Source: a virus | Lineage: Duplodnaviria > Caudoviricetes | Direction: 5' to 3' (one strand) | Virus record (IMG/VR): IMGVR_UViG_3300028591_000074 | Location: 189,528 to 253,527 of that record | DNA: 64,000 nt | Part shown: positions 11,501-21,809 of the stretch, piece by piece | Layout of the letters: the number at the start of each line of letters is the position of its first letter | Numbering within the stretch: position 1 is the first letter of the stretch | Notes under the pieces: model-generated | Told to the model about the DNA's origin: nothing | Database searches by the model: none | The model's input: the letters and a program-made list of their open reading frames with translations, nothing else | Position numbers and translations under genes: made by a program

Positions 11501-12076
11501 ATGGACATTAGAAACCTTACCACCCGCATAAGAGAATGTTCCAAGAAGAAGATGCATATTAACTTCTGAATATTGATATTCTTCTGGAACATCAACAGGT
11601 CGCTTCATAGCGGTTTCTGGGACGATAACAACCTGAACACCTTCATAATATCCATCTTCATTTTCCGGTTTAGCAGAACCTGCAAGTGTAGTATAGTTAC
11701 TATACATCATTACAAGTCCAATTGCTAAATCACCTTTCAATTCAGTGACACTTTCCTGAGATGCTTTTAAGTTTACCGCAGCAATATCAATTGTAATTGG
11801 TGCAAGAAGTTCTACATAATGACCATTTACAACTGCCCTACCTGGGCTAATCTGAATTACGGTAGAAGAAACATCTGAACCACTTGCAGCACTTTGAAGC
11901 GAAAAATCATCCATGGAATGTACATAAGATGGTCCAATTGGATATTTTACCGATGGATCAGTTGCTACTGTTTCTCTGGAACGAATATTATATTCAGATA
12001 ACAACTGTCCACCTGCTTCACTGTTTGCAAGTGGAAATATATTAGTTGCACTTACTGGAAATTCTATAAAATACAT
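8531..12076 (-). CDS. Large virion structural protein (baseplate/tail)
   Basis: 1181 aa; ISPGRAVVNG motif; central coiled coil; next to tape measure. Confidence 0.6.
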   Translation of the reverse strand: MYFIEFPVSATNIFPLANSEAGGQLLSEYNIRSRETVATDPSVKYPIGPSYVHSMDDFSLQSAASGSDVSSTVIQISPGRAVVNGHYVELLAPITIDIAAVNLKASQESVTELKGDLAIGLVMMYSNYTTLAGSAKPENEDGYYEGVQVVIVPETAMKRPVDVPEEYQYSEVNMHLLLGTFSYAGGKVSNVHDNLDKVKILDASRIGDISSSLSDQYLSKTGLDPHHLYVFAGKGTTDDNKDTWCLADDSLMIWDSDPRLKPNEPHSNVAHFEYNGDTHKTTLVVPHKQIDGAIDQYGNNLYFPDKVYSLPSATFNDNSGGVVTPEYTNRIKHIEYMTDHYYRIPNGKMRQYIPAISSTDELPPIPVGDGSVDQYDASQIIADITSDIVGVENQLYASSGNSALNRKLLTLKNNIAGKLTDINTAIDNIRADLQNSTSAPDIDQYLANIESVLSTTATSSDYYKLDAKLQSAYNRINSVATETTGVPDLPGCATSLTTAIARLEEPTPDIANAKSGITAVRDAILGTGSYSSTDGIIGILEKAESDILGPSASARKYTESLRDHVIANVGHIRDICGDIDTETGTIKTYCTDITTYINDITNLISTLSSCKSTLNSCVNKLNNITSSIETYIRLEVERLMDEQRVLTTSIWSPGDYVLVGQDGTMAEPDGTQPSTMYVVNYGKILTVGLVGTVEITLHTSNKDVYKQELNIARHTVPQSLAGGAELGSIDISSLEDADPDLFTYTNYCGLVNHDYFVEIYKSPIDTTTNTQEYIAVFYTPTSTELQLEYIKPPIVLTGGIHLATQESVGGFLDAPDDAYGEGYVALDEDGHLRIIDFNLLLMGIEAQQLGQDIDEIGSGLDANGIQDALDESVNDRICYPNATQRNNFTDPTTGTYTTKDPHVIEITIELPSTTDPYVLHIHDVGSRANSSLYVHLHGSATSEATILFENCDMLRIDDSIQGSPTIMLKNVNLYYNANVLSYTPLDGVQNLSLWYQQDLSDSSSPNLQVDGMTVTLLGDVSRDDAIDPWDEYNPNDNHYSYALRSITFASDGTIINFGMIVGDSSTMNVDITDHALFRASFTLPQSAGLQYPANKMVHQLKVSGSFVSCYYSTSDNKYIVKETDFSALTQKYNSPISEVGGSIAFCTNAYYVSQISGVVVGEGVDCWDLNTPHIFYGGSIE

Positions 12077-12115
12077 TTAGACCCCTCCAAAATCTGTATA
12101 ACAATATACAAGGTG

Positions 12116-15100
12116 TTAGGTAGTTTTCTGTGTAAGACCAAGTGACATAGCAGCAAGTTGGTCTATCATAGCAGAACCACCTGTGTTTTCGGTTTGTTGC
12201 ATAATCTTACCAACATATACAAGTATCTGCCCAAGTAATATATTTGTCTGAAGTGCAGGATCTGTTTCACCAGTATCCAACAATTCTTCTGACAATACTT
12301 TACCAAGTTGATAAGCGGAACTCTTTCTATCTTCCTTCTTTGTATCTTCCTCTATAGCATCCAGTTTCTTCCACAATGCAGAATCCTTAATCGTTTTATC
12401 ACCGGAAATACCATAATAAGATTTATGTAACATATAATCGGAAACGGTGTTATACATCTTCATAAGTAAACCATCTTGCGCACCTTTACCGAATCCCCAA
12501 AACTTTGCAAGGGCTGTAGTAAAAGTATTCCAGTTGTATGTTACTTTATCAGAACCACCTTTCCAATTTGACCAAGATTCCATCCACGATCCAAATGCAC
12601 CACCATTTTTAAGTCCGGCACCAAGCAAAGCAGACCATTGTATTTCAGATTGCACACTTCTATAATTGATAGCAGCAAGAATACTTGCCTGACTACCTAT
12701 TACTGTATTGGAAGCATCAGCAGAACCTAACTTATCAATAATTGTCTGTAAATAATCAGATTCAATTGTAGATAATTCTTCAAACAGTGGTGTGCTAAAA
12801 TCATTTGGGAAGTACTTAGTCCAATGTTCTGTACCTGCTGCCCAAAATTCATCTTCACGCACATTTCGCTCATGTTGTTCTTTAGCACCTGCACTTGTTT
12901 CCTGTTCACTAAAGTATTTCTGCACTTGGTCTTCAGTATATCCGGCAGATTCTAATGCCTGTTTAAAATCTGCAATACCAAACTTAGATGCGGTTGCAGC
13001 CCAATCTTCATATGTCTTACCTGCTTTTACAAACTGATCTTGAATATAGGAAGATTCAAGCATCTTACTGATTGCAGATTTTGCAGTGGATGCAGTTGCA
13101 CTTACTGAACCTGATGAACCTGTGATATTCTTGATAGATGTGACAAGGACATCCAATCCGCTTGTAAGTGCAGAATATGCCTTTGCTGCCTGACTCTTTG
13201 TTGTACCTCCCCATGAATACTTAGAGGTTGGTCCAGAGATAGCACCAAGTTGTTGATCCATAAGTTGTGCGTTTCTTCCAGCAATAACTGATTGCACATC
13301 GGAAATCGAATTATTTGAACTAAATAATGGATTACCGTATGCATTAAGTCGCTTAGTTACCGCAGTTTGAGCTGCATAAGAAGATGAACCACCCATCTGA
13401 TTTACAATTGGTGTAGCAAGTCCTAAATCAGTATTACTTGTAGTAAGACGGTATAAATCCATCTGCCTACCTACACCAACCTTGCTAAGTTCCAGAAGTT
13501 GTCTGACATCTGCCTTTTGTGCCATACCTTCTTCATTGGTACTTATAAGGTTCCCAATCTTCTTCATCCAACTAAATGGATTAAGGAAGTTGATGATATT
13601 CTGAACACCCTGCACAATCTTCTGTAATCCAGATGCAGATTCCCCAGCAAGATCAACAGAATACATTGCTTCCATCAGTTCACGATTCATCTGCTCATCC
13701 CACATGTGTTGCTGAATCATCTGAGCAACATCATTATCAATGACATAAGCAAGACCTTCTTCAATCATGTACTGATTAATTTGCTGAGCTTTTAACTGTT
13801 CTGTAGATGTAGTAGTTTGACCATCAAGCAGAAGTTCCATGTTCTCATTCAATGAATTATTATTCATATTCATGTTGCGAATTGCTTTTGCCAATTCATT
13901 GAAATCAATTCTTTGGAATGCCTGAGCATCTAATCCAAACAAGGAAGCATAACCCTCTGCCTTTTCCATATAGGCATCCGGTGATTGCGTGTACATATTC
14001 GCAAGGTTTTCAAACATACTTCCAAGTACAGATTGTGGATTCGATGCAAATGCACGAAGGAACTCTGTATTAGAAGCATTAATACCTGCCAAAGATCTAA
14101 GAGCAACAGTAGATGCATTATTACCACCTGTTGCTAATGTATAAATTGTACTTGTAAGTGAACTTGCAAGGTCAGGTGCTACTGCACCTACATATCCTTG
14201 AATTGCAAGTAATGTACCACTGATAGCATCCAAGTTATCGGAATGTGCGGCTACTGCAATCTTAGATGCTTCTTCATAAAGAGAACTTGCATTTTGAAGT
14301 CCGGTTGTAAACCCACCAGTCAACTCACGTGTTGTATATAACAAGCCGGAAGCAAAAGATTCCAAACTCTTGTTCGCTTTGGAAATTGCCTCCTGTTGTG
14401 ATACACCGCTTCTTATTGCATTAGCAGCAATAGATGCATAGGTAGTAGCATATTGGAAGAAATCCTGTGTCGGAACTGCTTTATTCAGTACAGTGGCTTG
14501 ATATGCAAACTCTTCGGCTATTGCACCGGACATACCGGATTCCAATACCTTAGAAAGATTGGACATTAAATCTGTCCCACTAACATACTTAGACAGACCC
14601 TCATCCCTTATACGTTCTGCATAAGCAGCCATAAGATCCTGAACATCAGACTTCGTATACCCCTGTGTAGCGGATATAGTTGTAAGTGTCTGACTCCAAG
14701 TTTGATATAAATCATTTGCAGCATCTTTAAGTAATTCAAATGGGGCTTTTACTAATGCTTCATAGTCAGCCCTCATACGATCATTTGCAAGTTTTAGATT
14801 TTTCTCTCTACTTTCCTGGTCGCGATTTGCAGCCTTTTTCCATGCACCAAGAAGTTGTTTTAACCCCTCACCCATAGTCTTAAGGGATTTTGTAACTACA
14901 GATGAAACTACTTCAATTGCTACCAGAGCACCTACAACTGCCATACCCTGTGGACCAATTTTGGCTAAACTGCTAACTGCACTACCGGAAGTTTCACCAA
15001 GTTTAGTAACTTGTTCCACAGTTTCAGCCATAGTGTCAGCAGAACTTGGACCGATAATATGTCCCGGCATGGACTGTGGACCAAGTGGTGCTGGGTTTTG

Positions 15101-15811
15101 AAACATACTTGCTATATTGCCAGGTGCTCCTCGGAGTGCAGACAAACCACTACGTGCTATGTTAAACATACCACGAACACCTGTACCTGCACCCTGTAAA
15201 AAGTTTCCAATCATAGTTTGTCTAGTACCAAAATTAGACAAACCTTGATTTAATGCATTTGCACCACGTTGAGCAGTATTACCGCTTAGTACATTTTGCA
15301 ACATGGAATTTCCACGTTGTTGCAGATTTCCGAGGAAATTAGATTTCCATTTATCTATCTGAGCAGTAAGTGCTTTACCTGTGTCTGTGTTCTTAAATGC
15401 GTCTGCTACTGACTTTCCAAGACGTTTTCCAAATTCATCCGGTATACCTCTAATATTTGTACCAAGCTGGTCTGCAAAACCTTGAAATACCTTTTTAACA
15501 TCTGTCTTAAAACCTGAACCGACAAGCCCCTCAATCAGTGCAGATTCAAAACTATCAGTAAAACTACCGCTACCACTTCTACCAAAACGTGAGTTACTAA
15601 AAGAACCACGACCTGACATCCTATCACGGAATGTAGATCCTGATATCCTTGAACTGTTGTCTTGATATGTTCTTGCGTTTGCCTGAGATGGTATGTTACC
15701 GGATTTTGCAAAATCAGATAATATGGAATCGATGTGTGTAACTCGATTTACCAATACCTGTATGTTATCCAGACCACCTGCGGCTTCTAATACTGATCTA
15801 TCATCAGCCAT
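12116..15811 (-). CDS. Tape measure protein
   Basis: 1231 aa, Ala/Gly/Ser-rich and helical; follows the chaperone pair. Confidence 0.7.
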   Translation of the reverse strand: MADDRSVLEAAGGLDNIQVLVNRVTHIDSILSDFAKSGNIPSQANARTYQDNSSRISGSTFRDRMSGRGSFSNSRFGRSGSGSFTDSFESALIEGLVGSGFKTDVKKVFQGFADQLGTNIRGIPDEFGKRLGKSVADAFKNTDTGKALTAQIDKWKSNFLGNLQQRGNSMLQNVLSGNTAQRGANALNQGLSNFGTRQTMIGNFLQGAGTGVRGMFNIARSGLSALRGAPGNIASMFQNPAPLGPQSMPGHIIGPSSADTMAETVEQVTKLGETSGSAVSSLAKIGPQGMAVVGALVAIEVVSSVVTKSLKTMGEGLKQLLGAWKKAANRDQESREKNLKLANDRMRADYEALVKAPFELLKDAANDLYQTWSQTLTTISATQGYTKSDVQDLMAAYAERIRDEGLSKYVSGTDLMSNLSKVLESGMSGAIAEEFAYQATVLNKAVPTQDFFQYATTYASIAANAIRSGVSQQEAISKANKSLESFASGLLYTTRELTGGFTTGLQNASSLYEEASKIAVAAHSDNLDAISGTLLAIQGYVGAVAPDLASSLTSTIYTLATGGNNASTVALRSLAGINASNTEFLRAFASNPQSVLGSMFENLANMYTQSPDAYMEKAEGYASLFGLDAQAFQRIDFNELAKAIRNMNMNNNSLNENMELLLDGQTTTSTEQLKAQQINQYMIEEGLAYVIDNDVAQMIQQHMWDEQMNRELMEAMYSVDLAGESASGLQKIVQGVQNIINFLNPFSWMKKIGNLISTNEEGMAQKADVRQLLELSKVGVGRQMDLYRLTTSNTDLGLATPIVNQMGGSSSYAAQTAVTKRLNAYGNPLFSSNNSISDVQSVIAGRNAQLMDQQLGAISGPTSKYSWGGTTKSQAAKAYSALTSGLDVLVTSIKNITGSSGSVSATASTAKSAISKMLESSYIQDQFVKAGKTYEDWAATASKFGIADFKQALESAGYTEDQVQKYFSEQETSAGAKEQHERNVREDEFWAAGTEHWTKYFPNDFSTPLFEELSTIESDYLQTIIDKLGSADASNTVIGSQASILAAINYRSVQSEIQWSALLGAGLKNGGAFGSWMESWSNWKGGSDKVTYNWNTFTTALAKFWGFGKGAQDGLLMKMYNTVSDYMLHKSYYGISGDKTIKDSALWKKLDAIEEDTKKEDRKSSAYQLGKVLSEELLDTGETDPALQTNILLGQILVYVGKIMQQTENTGGSAMIDQLAAMSLGLTQKTT

Positions 15812-15829
15812 AGTAAATCTCCGAAAACA

Positions 15830-15866
15830 ACAAAGGGCAAGTAATTTACACTATACTTGCCCTGTT
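15830..15866 (-). terminator. Hairpin/terminator or attenuator upstream of tape measure
   Basis: AGGGCAAGTA...TACTTGCCCT followed by TTGTTGTTTT on the minus strand. Confidence 0.5.
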
Positions 15867-15869
15867 ATA

Positions 15870-16131
15870 CTAAGGTTTATTGCTGTGCATCTTTCGTTCT
15901 TTTTCCTTTAATTCATTATGGAAAAACTCAGCATATTTCCTTCGAATAAATATTGGTTGATTCATTATCCATTCAGTGGATACAGCACCCTCGGATGCTC
16001 TTGATATAAATAGGGCTTCATCAATTATATTTTCATACAGTTGTTGCCTTACCTGATGGTATGTCTTTTCCTTCCCGTCGATTTTTACTGTTCTTCCATT
16101 CCCGTAAATCTCCCAAGGTCGGACGAAAAAA
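15870..16131 (-). CDS. Tail assembly chaperone downstream part (possible frameshift product)
   Basis: Overlaps the chaperone in the +1 frame; no convincing start; T6 run at 16126-16131. Confidence 0.5.
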
Positions 16132-16854
16132 CTTATCGTCAATAAGTGCAATATAAGTTGCATCCTTATTTCCACACTTCGGGCATATTGTTGAACCACC
16201 AGCACGAAGCCCATAGTCAGAAAGTTGACTTACCATATTTCTAAGTATGATGTAGTCAGCAGCGGAAAGTTCCTTTTGGATAAACAACTTAATTTCCAGT
16301 GGTGTAAGATTTTCTTTGTTCTTGATGGATGTAATCATATAGCATATTCTGGCAAGTTCTGTATTCGTCTCACCTTCTGCGTTCTTAAATGCCTTATCCT
16401 TATCCGCATTCATCATTTTCTGAATTGTCGGCAATTTAAGATGCACGTCACCATCAAAATCAATAAACTCATCTTTACTGATAACAATATCGTTTACAAA
16501 GCCGGGTGGAAGTGGCTTACACTCAATTGTTTCAAGATTTACTTTGTACTCACCCTGTGAAACTTTTTTACAATCTGTACAAAAGATTGCATTTGTTGTG
16601 TAGTATGGTCCGTAATTCAGAATACGGAGACATCTGCAAATCCACTGAAAATCAATTTCAAGCAATTGCTTAAAATCAATCTTCTCTTCTACTGCCTTTG
16701 GTAGAATTGATTCGAGCATGGTTTTCTCAAAATCTTCACTACCTACATACTCAAGTTCTGATGCTGTTGGAATACTCATTAAAGTGAGTGTATCTGGGAT
16801 CAGACCATTGTATAATCCCTTACCAAGCAGCTCAATCTTTTCTGACATAGCCAT
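16033..16854 (-). CDS. Tail assembly chaperone/T4 gp26-like baseplate assembly protein
   Basis: Two CxxC pairs and FFRP motif; upstream of tape measure. Confidence 0.7.
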   Translation of the reverse strand: MAMSEKIELLGKGLYNGLIPDTLTLMSIPTASELEYVGSEDFEKTMLESILPKAVEEKIDFKQLLEIDFQWICRCLRILNYGPYYTTNAIFCTDCKKVSQGEYKVNLETIECKPLPPGFVNDIVISKDEFIDFDGDVHLKLPTIQKMMNADKDKAFKNAEGETNTELARICYMITSIKNKENLTPLEIKLFIQKELSAADYIILRNMVSQLSDYGLRAGGSTICPKCGNKDATYIALIDDKFFRPTLGDLREWKNSKNRREGKDIPSGKATTV

Positions 16855-16972
16855 TATTCAATTATCCTCCTATTCAACAGTTTTGAATTGGTATATTTCT
16901 ACTATATTATAAAAGGTTAGTGACAATTTTTCAACCATCACTAACCTTACTAAGCAAGATATAAATATAATA

Positions 16973-17395
16973 TTAACCATATGTAAATGGTGGAACTTGA
17001 TCACCCATATCACCGTCACCAAGGAAACCACTACCATTACTACGTACAAATCTCTGTGCAGAATCATATAACCAGTCAAGTTTATATCCTTGTGGATATT
17101 GGCTATCCATCTCCTCAAGAAGATCCATAGTCACAAGGCTTGCAAGGTCAATGGCATCTGATTTGTATTTTGCCATAATTGCACAATCCATCGGATTTTT
17201 ACTCTGACCTTTAAACCATCGCCTTATTGCAGCTTTAGGATTGTTTGTATTTGAGGAGTCATATCCACAAACAACTTTGTATTTGAATCCATTATATGGA
17301 TCCCACTCTTCGTAACCTTCGTCTTCCAATTCCTCTAACCGTTCCGGTGACGCATCATACAGTATCTTTGTTTCACTTTTAATATATCTTTTCAT
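16973..17395 (-). CDS. MKRYIKS-leader protein
   Basis: Leader MKRYIKSE. Confidence 0.7.
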   Translation of the reverse strand: MKRYIKSETKILYDASPERLEELEDEGYEEWDPYNGFKYKVVCGYDSSNTNNPKAAIRRWFKGQSKNPMDCAIMAKYKSDAIDLASLVTMDLLEEMDSQYPQGYKLDWLYDSAQRFVRSNGSGFLGDGDMGDQVPPFTYG

Positions 17396-17411
17396 AAACA
17401 ATTACCCCATT

Positions 17412-17687
17412 CTACCAATGAACCATTTTCGGCTTAATGCCATTGTTCATAATTTCTAGTTCATCAACTACATCATGCCAATCATCAACTTCAAGTCGCT
17501 TAACAATGCGTCTTTTGTACACAATTCTCCACTCACCATCGAGTTCATCTGCTTGCGCCCAGTAATATTCTTGATCATCGTATGGCCTTGGCTTAGATAT
17601 TTGATATACGCCAGAGTTCTCATACCATCTAAGGATATAACCCATGTACTCTTCATCAACAGTGGAACTTTTAATATATCTTTTCAT
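17412..17687 (-). CDS. MKRYIKS-leader protein
   Basis: GGGAG RBS, then MKRYIKSS. Confidence 0.7.
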   Translation of the reverse strand: MKRYIKSSTVDEEYMGYILRWYENSGVYQISKPRPYDDQEYYWAQADELDGEWRIVYKRRIVKRLEVDDWHDVVDELEIMNNGIKPKMVHW

Positions 17688-17701
17688 ATTGTATCTCCCT
17701 A

Positions 17702-18046
17702 TCATTCATCTCTAATAATTATGTCATCTTCTGTAATATCATCTTCTGTGATTTCTTCAATACGGAATTCTCCATAATGAAGAAGTACATCACCTTCGTT
17801 ACCACCTTGAACAAACTCATCCGGATAAATAACCCAATCTGGATCATCTATTGGATGAATTGTCTCATATTCATCATCCCATTCATACTTGTTTCCATCA
17901 AGGATTCTTGAATCCCCTATGGATACAAGATAATCAATAAGGATATCTGTCAGAGCACCATAGTCTGTAGTAGGTTCTTCTGTTTCAATAATATAACTAT
18001 CCAACCATGCTGTACCTGTTCCGATATCTACTCGGTAAAATGCCAT
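17702..18046 (-). CDS. Small acidic protein
   Basis: Very D/E-rich, with RBS. Confidence 0.7.
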   Translation of the reverse strand: MAFYRVDIGTGTAWLDSYIIETEEPTTDYGALTDILIDYLVSIGDSRILDGNKYEWDDEYETIHPIDDPDWVIYPDEFVQGGNEGDVLLHYGEFRIEEITEDDITEDDIIIRDE

Positions 18047-18061
18047 AACAATCCTCGCTCT

Positions 18062-18481
18062 CTAAATGTAATCAAAGTATTCATTATACTGATCATTTGT
18101 AATATAACCATTTTCATAGCACCAGTTAAGACCATCCAGTGAAGATTCTGCAAGGATTTCAAATCCATTTACTTCACCATTGTAATATGCTACATAGCCA
18201 TAAGTTCCATCGTAGATGTATTCTACGAAATCAGCACCATCCTTAATTGCAAGTCTTTCTACAGCCTCACTGATTGAAAGCAGTTCTGTGTGGTCATTGA
18301 ACCATGGAGAATCGAAGAAATGTATGAAGTATAGTACACCATCATAATATTCACCAAATCCATTTTCTCTCAAAGCATCTTGCTGTTGTTCAAACAGAAT
18401 CTCCATAGATTCTTCTTGATATGAATCTGAATTAAAATCCAAGGCAGAATTTTTGGTAAGTACTTCAAAATCTGGAACCAT
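18062..18481 (-). CDS. Small acidic protein
   Basis: D/E- and aromatic-rich, with RBS. Confidence 0.7.
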   Translation of the reverse strand: MVPDFEVLTKNSALDFNSDSYQEESMEILFEQQQDALRENGFGEYYDGVLYFIHFFDSPWFNDHTELLSISEAVERLAIKDGADFVEYIYDGTYGYVAYYNGEVNGFEILAESSLDGLNWCYENGYITNDQYNEYFDYI

Positions 18482-18503
18482 TATAATACTCCCTTCATAA
18501 TAA

Positions 18504-18791
18504 CTAACTAAATATATTAAAGGTTTTTCCTGCTACAAAGAAATGTTTCCAACTAATTTCGTTTGTTGTCCGAAGTGCAATATTCACTTCATCGTTATCT
18601 GTCTGATCTTCAATTGCGTGTACTATGTAGGTGCAATCATTCTTAATAAGTCCTACTGTATAAGTGTGACCGGAAACGAACCCACAGGTTGATCTTCCAA
18701 CATAAGTCCGTGTTACATATTCGGATGCACGATAGTTGAAATCAGATTCATTCATATCACCAGATACAATGTTTGATTTAATTCTACCCAT
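18504..18791 (-). CDS. Hypothetical protein
   Basis: Probable start MGRIKS after a GGTGG RBS. Confidence 0.5.
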   Translation of the reverse strand: MGRIKSNIVSGDMNESDFNYRASEYVTRTYVGRSTCGFVSGHTYTVGLIKNDCTYIVHAIEDQTDNDEVNIALRTTNEISWKHFFVAGKTFNIFS

Positions 18792-18792
18792 C

Positions 18793-18990
18793 CTAATGCA
18801 CCACCTTATGAGATTCACGATATTCTTCCAGTCTATGAAGTCTGTAGCATACATAAGCACACAGAATTGCAACTACCTCCTGAAGTACTGCCTGACCGAA
18901 ACTGATGGTACCTACAATACAAGCACCTTCCGTACCGATAGCAAAAATGATTGCCAATACCATAATGATTGCATAAATGTTCTTCTTCAT
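18793..18990 (-). CDS. Small membrane protein
   Basis: Two hydrophobic segments. Confidence 0.6.
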   Translation of the reverse strand: MKKNIYAIIMVLAIIFAIGTEGACIVGTISFGQAVLQEVVAILCAYVCYRLHRLEEYRESHKVVH

Positions 18991-19181
18991 ATTTACTTTA
19001 CCCCCTTAAAATGTTTATTGCAAAGATACTCAACCCGTGTCATACCCTTTACATTAGATTCCAGAATACTTCCATCCGGTAATGTAATCGTGTAGAAGTA
19101 AGACCTACCGATTTTATCATCCACTTCTATTCTTACATCATATTTCTGTTCAAGATCAATCCTATTCATATCTGCACCCCA

Positions 19182-20507
19182 CTACGAATTGACGTAATCA
19201 ATGAAATTACCAATGGCTTCGATAACATCGTTGTCAGAAGATTCCCCCTTCTGTTCAATTGGATCTGAATACTTAATTCTGCACCTTGTGATCCATGTCT
19301 GCTTTACACCATTGAACTCAGAAAGTTTCTTAACTGTTCCTGTGATACTAATGAGATTCCGGAAAGTTCCATCCATCTGCTGCTCAGAGGATCCATAGAT
19401 ACAGTTGCTTGTATCCCACATAATCACATTACCGTTTGTATCTACTATTTTATAACGATGTGTGATACCGTAATCAGTCTGCCAAGAAGTTACAACTTCA
19501 TAAGAAGATATATTAGAAATTGTAATTCTTTGTCCTTCAGAACTGATATAATCAGATTCCGCTACCTCCTTAGCATGGGCTTCGTTACGAACACGTTTCG
19601 CTTCAAGAATACCCATCTGCTTGCGATAGTAAGAAACCATCGATACACAGTATCCTACATTCTTATTAGGGATGTAATCGGATTCTGCGATAACCTTAAG
19701 GTTATGGAGATAATCGCTATTACTATCTACAGCCTTAATATAATTGATAATATCATTTGCAGAATCGTTAAGTTCCTTTGAAGTATAATCTGGATGGTAT
19801 GTTTCGCGATAAGATTCGATTCGTTCAATATCAGACTTATGAAGTCTTCCACGGTGTGTATCATAAAGAATTGCATCAACAACTTCTGCTCTAGTTGTTG
19901 TCATACCAAACTCAGCAGCTGATGTAGGAACATATCCAAGATGATTTATAATATCAACTGCGTATCTAATCAGTTCATTTACTGACCAGTAGGAATCGCA
20001 TCTGAAACCGCCGGAAGGTGCTTCACCCTGAATAAGTGCATCAAACATTGCAATATAGGATGCAGCCAACTCTGCACTATATCCACCAGTGAAATCACAA
20101 AGGCAGGATGATCCAACCTGCTTAAACTCATCAGTTTCCATATTATACACGATGTATGTATCTTTCCGGTGACGCTTAGAGTTACAGTGTTCGCACTTAG
20201 GTTCGCAGGTACGGTATTCATCAGGAATCTCAACATCATCAGAAATCTTACGAAGGATGTTACCATGCTCATTAGAATGGTCGATAGTTGCTACGAACTT
20301 CCATCCATTGATTACAGCAGTACCCTCTGCTTCAACGATAACGTATCTCTGAATAGACTTTTCACCTTCGGATTCAACTTCTACAAATTCCTCACCAACC
20401 TGTGAGTAGGAAAAATCACAACCATACTTAATGCACTTGTTATGAATACGAGTCAGTTTATGCTCAAGTCTCTCAATATTATCTTCATGAATTCTGAATG
20501 TTGCCAT
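19182..20507 (-). CDS. Phage protein with Zn-finger and C-terminal OB-like fold
   Basis: CEHC..R.RKDTY..QVGSSC; GTVKK..NGVKQTWITR; downstream of a TTGACA promoter. Confidence 0.6.
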   Translation of the reverse strand: MATFRIHEDNIERLEHKLTRIHNKCIKYGCDFSYSQVGEEFVEVESEGEKSIQRYVIVEAEGTAVINGWKFVATIDHSNEHGNILRKISDDVEIPDEYRTCEPKCEHCNSKRHRKDTYIVYNMETDEFKQVGSSCLCDFTGGYSAELAASYIAMFDALIQGEAPSGGFRCDSYWSVNELIRYAVDIINHLGYVPTSAAEFGMTTTRAEVVDAILYDTHRGRLHKSDIERIESYRETYHPDYTSKELNDSANDIINYIKAVDSNSDYLHNLKVIAESDYIPNKNVGYCVSMVSYYRKQMGILEAKRVRNEAHAKEVAESDYISSEGQRITISNISSYEVVTSWQTDYGITHRYKIVDTNGNVIMWDTSNCIYGSSEQQMDGTFRNLISITGTVKKLSEFNGVKQTWITRCRIKYSDPIEQKGESSDNDVIEAIGNFIDYVNS

Positions 20508-20631
20508 ATGCTTACCTCCATCCTATTGGACTATTGATGTGATTTGCTACTTTTCTTAATTATAACCCAAAAAAGATAACCTGTCAACTATAACTTTATA
20601 AGTTTGTTAATAAACTTATCTTAAACATAGG

Positions 20632-20673
20632 ATAAAAATATCCGAGAACTACAGGAACATTGTAATTCTCGGA
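20632..20673 (-). terminator. Rho-independent terminator
   Basis: TCCGAGAA...TTCTCGGA stem plus T-run. Confidence 0.6.
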
Positions 20674-20692
20674 CATAATTTAATACTATATT

Positions 20693-21301
20693 CTACAAAT
20701 CAGGATATCTATCTTTGAACCTGCGCATAGCCTTTACATATCCGGCAGTAGTAGAATATGGTTCATACTCAGTAGCACATACATCAATATCTGTAGAACT
20801 AAGTACAAAGTCTTTCCCACAGATATTAGTAAAATATTCTTCTGCATCCTGCACTGTAGCATGATCAAACTGCATATCTATATTTCCATTTGCATCGTAG
20901 TATCTACCAACAACATTCAGGGCATAATTCCTGGACTTATCCTGTGTAGGTGTCGTAATAAGTACTGCCTCTTGATCATATTTCTTACACCAGCTGACAC
21001 CAAGTTTAATAAAGTCCTCTGTCCTATAACCATTATTTACAACACAAAATGTATCTTCGGTCACCCGGCTATCACCAGTTTCTGGATCAGATTCAATATA
21101 TCCACCAAAGGCCTTAATGTATGTTAAATCACTACTATGTATATCTGTTGCAAGTTCCTTATTTCTTCGCCTGTTTTCTTTCCTAGAATATTCATGACGA
21201 AACGCAGTAATAAACATACAATCATAGTTATTCATATAGTCAACTACTCGGCTAAATGACGATGCCATTACAGATTGATTCGTTCTGACTAATTTTACCA
21301 T
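20693..21301 (-). CDS. Phage protein (ITAFR..EN..RN..GGYIE..KYDQE family)
   Basis: Motif pattern recalled from large phages. Confidence 0.55.
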   Translation of the reverse strand: MVKLVRTNQSVMASSFSRVVDYMNNYDCMFITAFRHEYSRKENRRRNKELATDIHSSDLTYIKAFGGYIESDPETGDSRVTEDTFCVVNNGYRTEDFIKLGVSWCKKYDQEAVLITTPTQDKSRNYALNVVGRYYDANGNIDMQFDHATVQDAEEYFTNICGKDFVLSSTDIDVCATEYEPYSTTAGYVKAMRRFKDRYPDL

Positions 21302-21321
21302 ACTATCACCACCTAACTTTA

Positions 21322-21762
21322 TTAATTCTTCTGCATTTCGATTTTATCATAATACTGTTCCACCAAATCAAGTGCAGTTCCTATACCATCTTTAACACCA
21401 GAATCATATCGTTCATCACCAGATTCAATCACATACAGTTGTTCAAGATCTGTATAAATGTCTTGAAGCATAGATAATGTATCTTCTGGTAAATCACTTT
21501 CAAAATGATCCATAAATTCAGAACTTTCTATTGGAACACGCTCACCGGACTTAAATTGCTCTTTCATAACTGCAACAAGTTCTGTCCATTCATGACAATC
21601 ACCGCAATCATTTGCATCTGCAATATCTTCAATCGTAATATCATTTTCTTTTGCAAGCGAATGAAGTTTCATGATATCCGGCATTGTAAGCGGTCTATTA
21701 TGTATTGCATGATCATCAAGAATATTCATTATTTCATAATAAGCGATTATCTCTGGGTTCAT
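21322..21762 (-). CDS. Acidic hypothetical protein
   Basis: GAGGTG RBS, then MNPEII. Confidence 0.6.
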   Translation of the reverse strand: MNPEIIAYYEIMNILDDHAIHNRPLTMPDIMKLHSLAKENDITIEDIADANDCGDCHEWTELVAVMKEQFKSGERVPIESSEFMDHFESDLPEDTLSMLQDIYTDLEQLYVIESGDERYDSGVKDGIGTALDLVEQYYDKIEMQKN

Positions 21763-21809
21763 AGAAAACACCTCATTAACTACAATTATATTGATATACA
21801 AGGTTTCAA

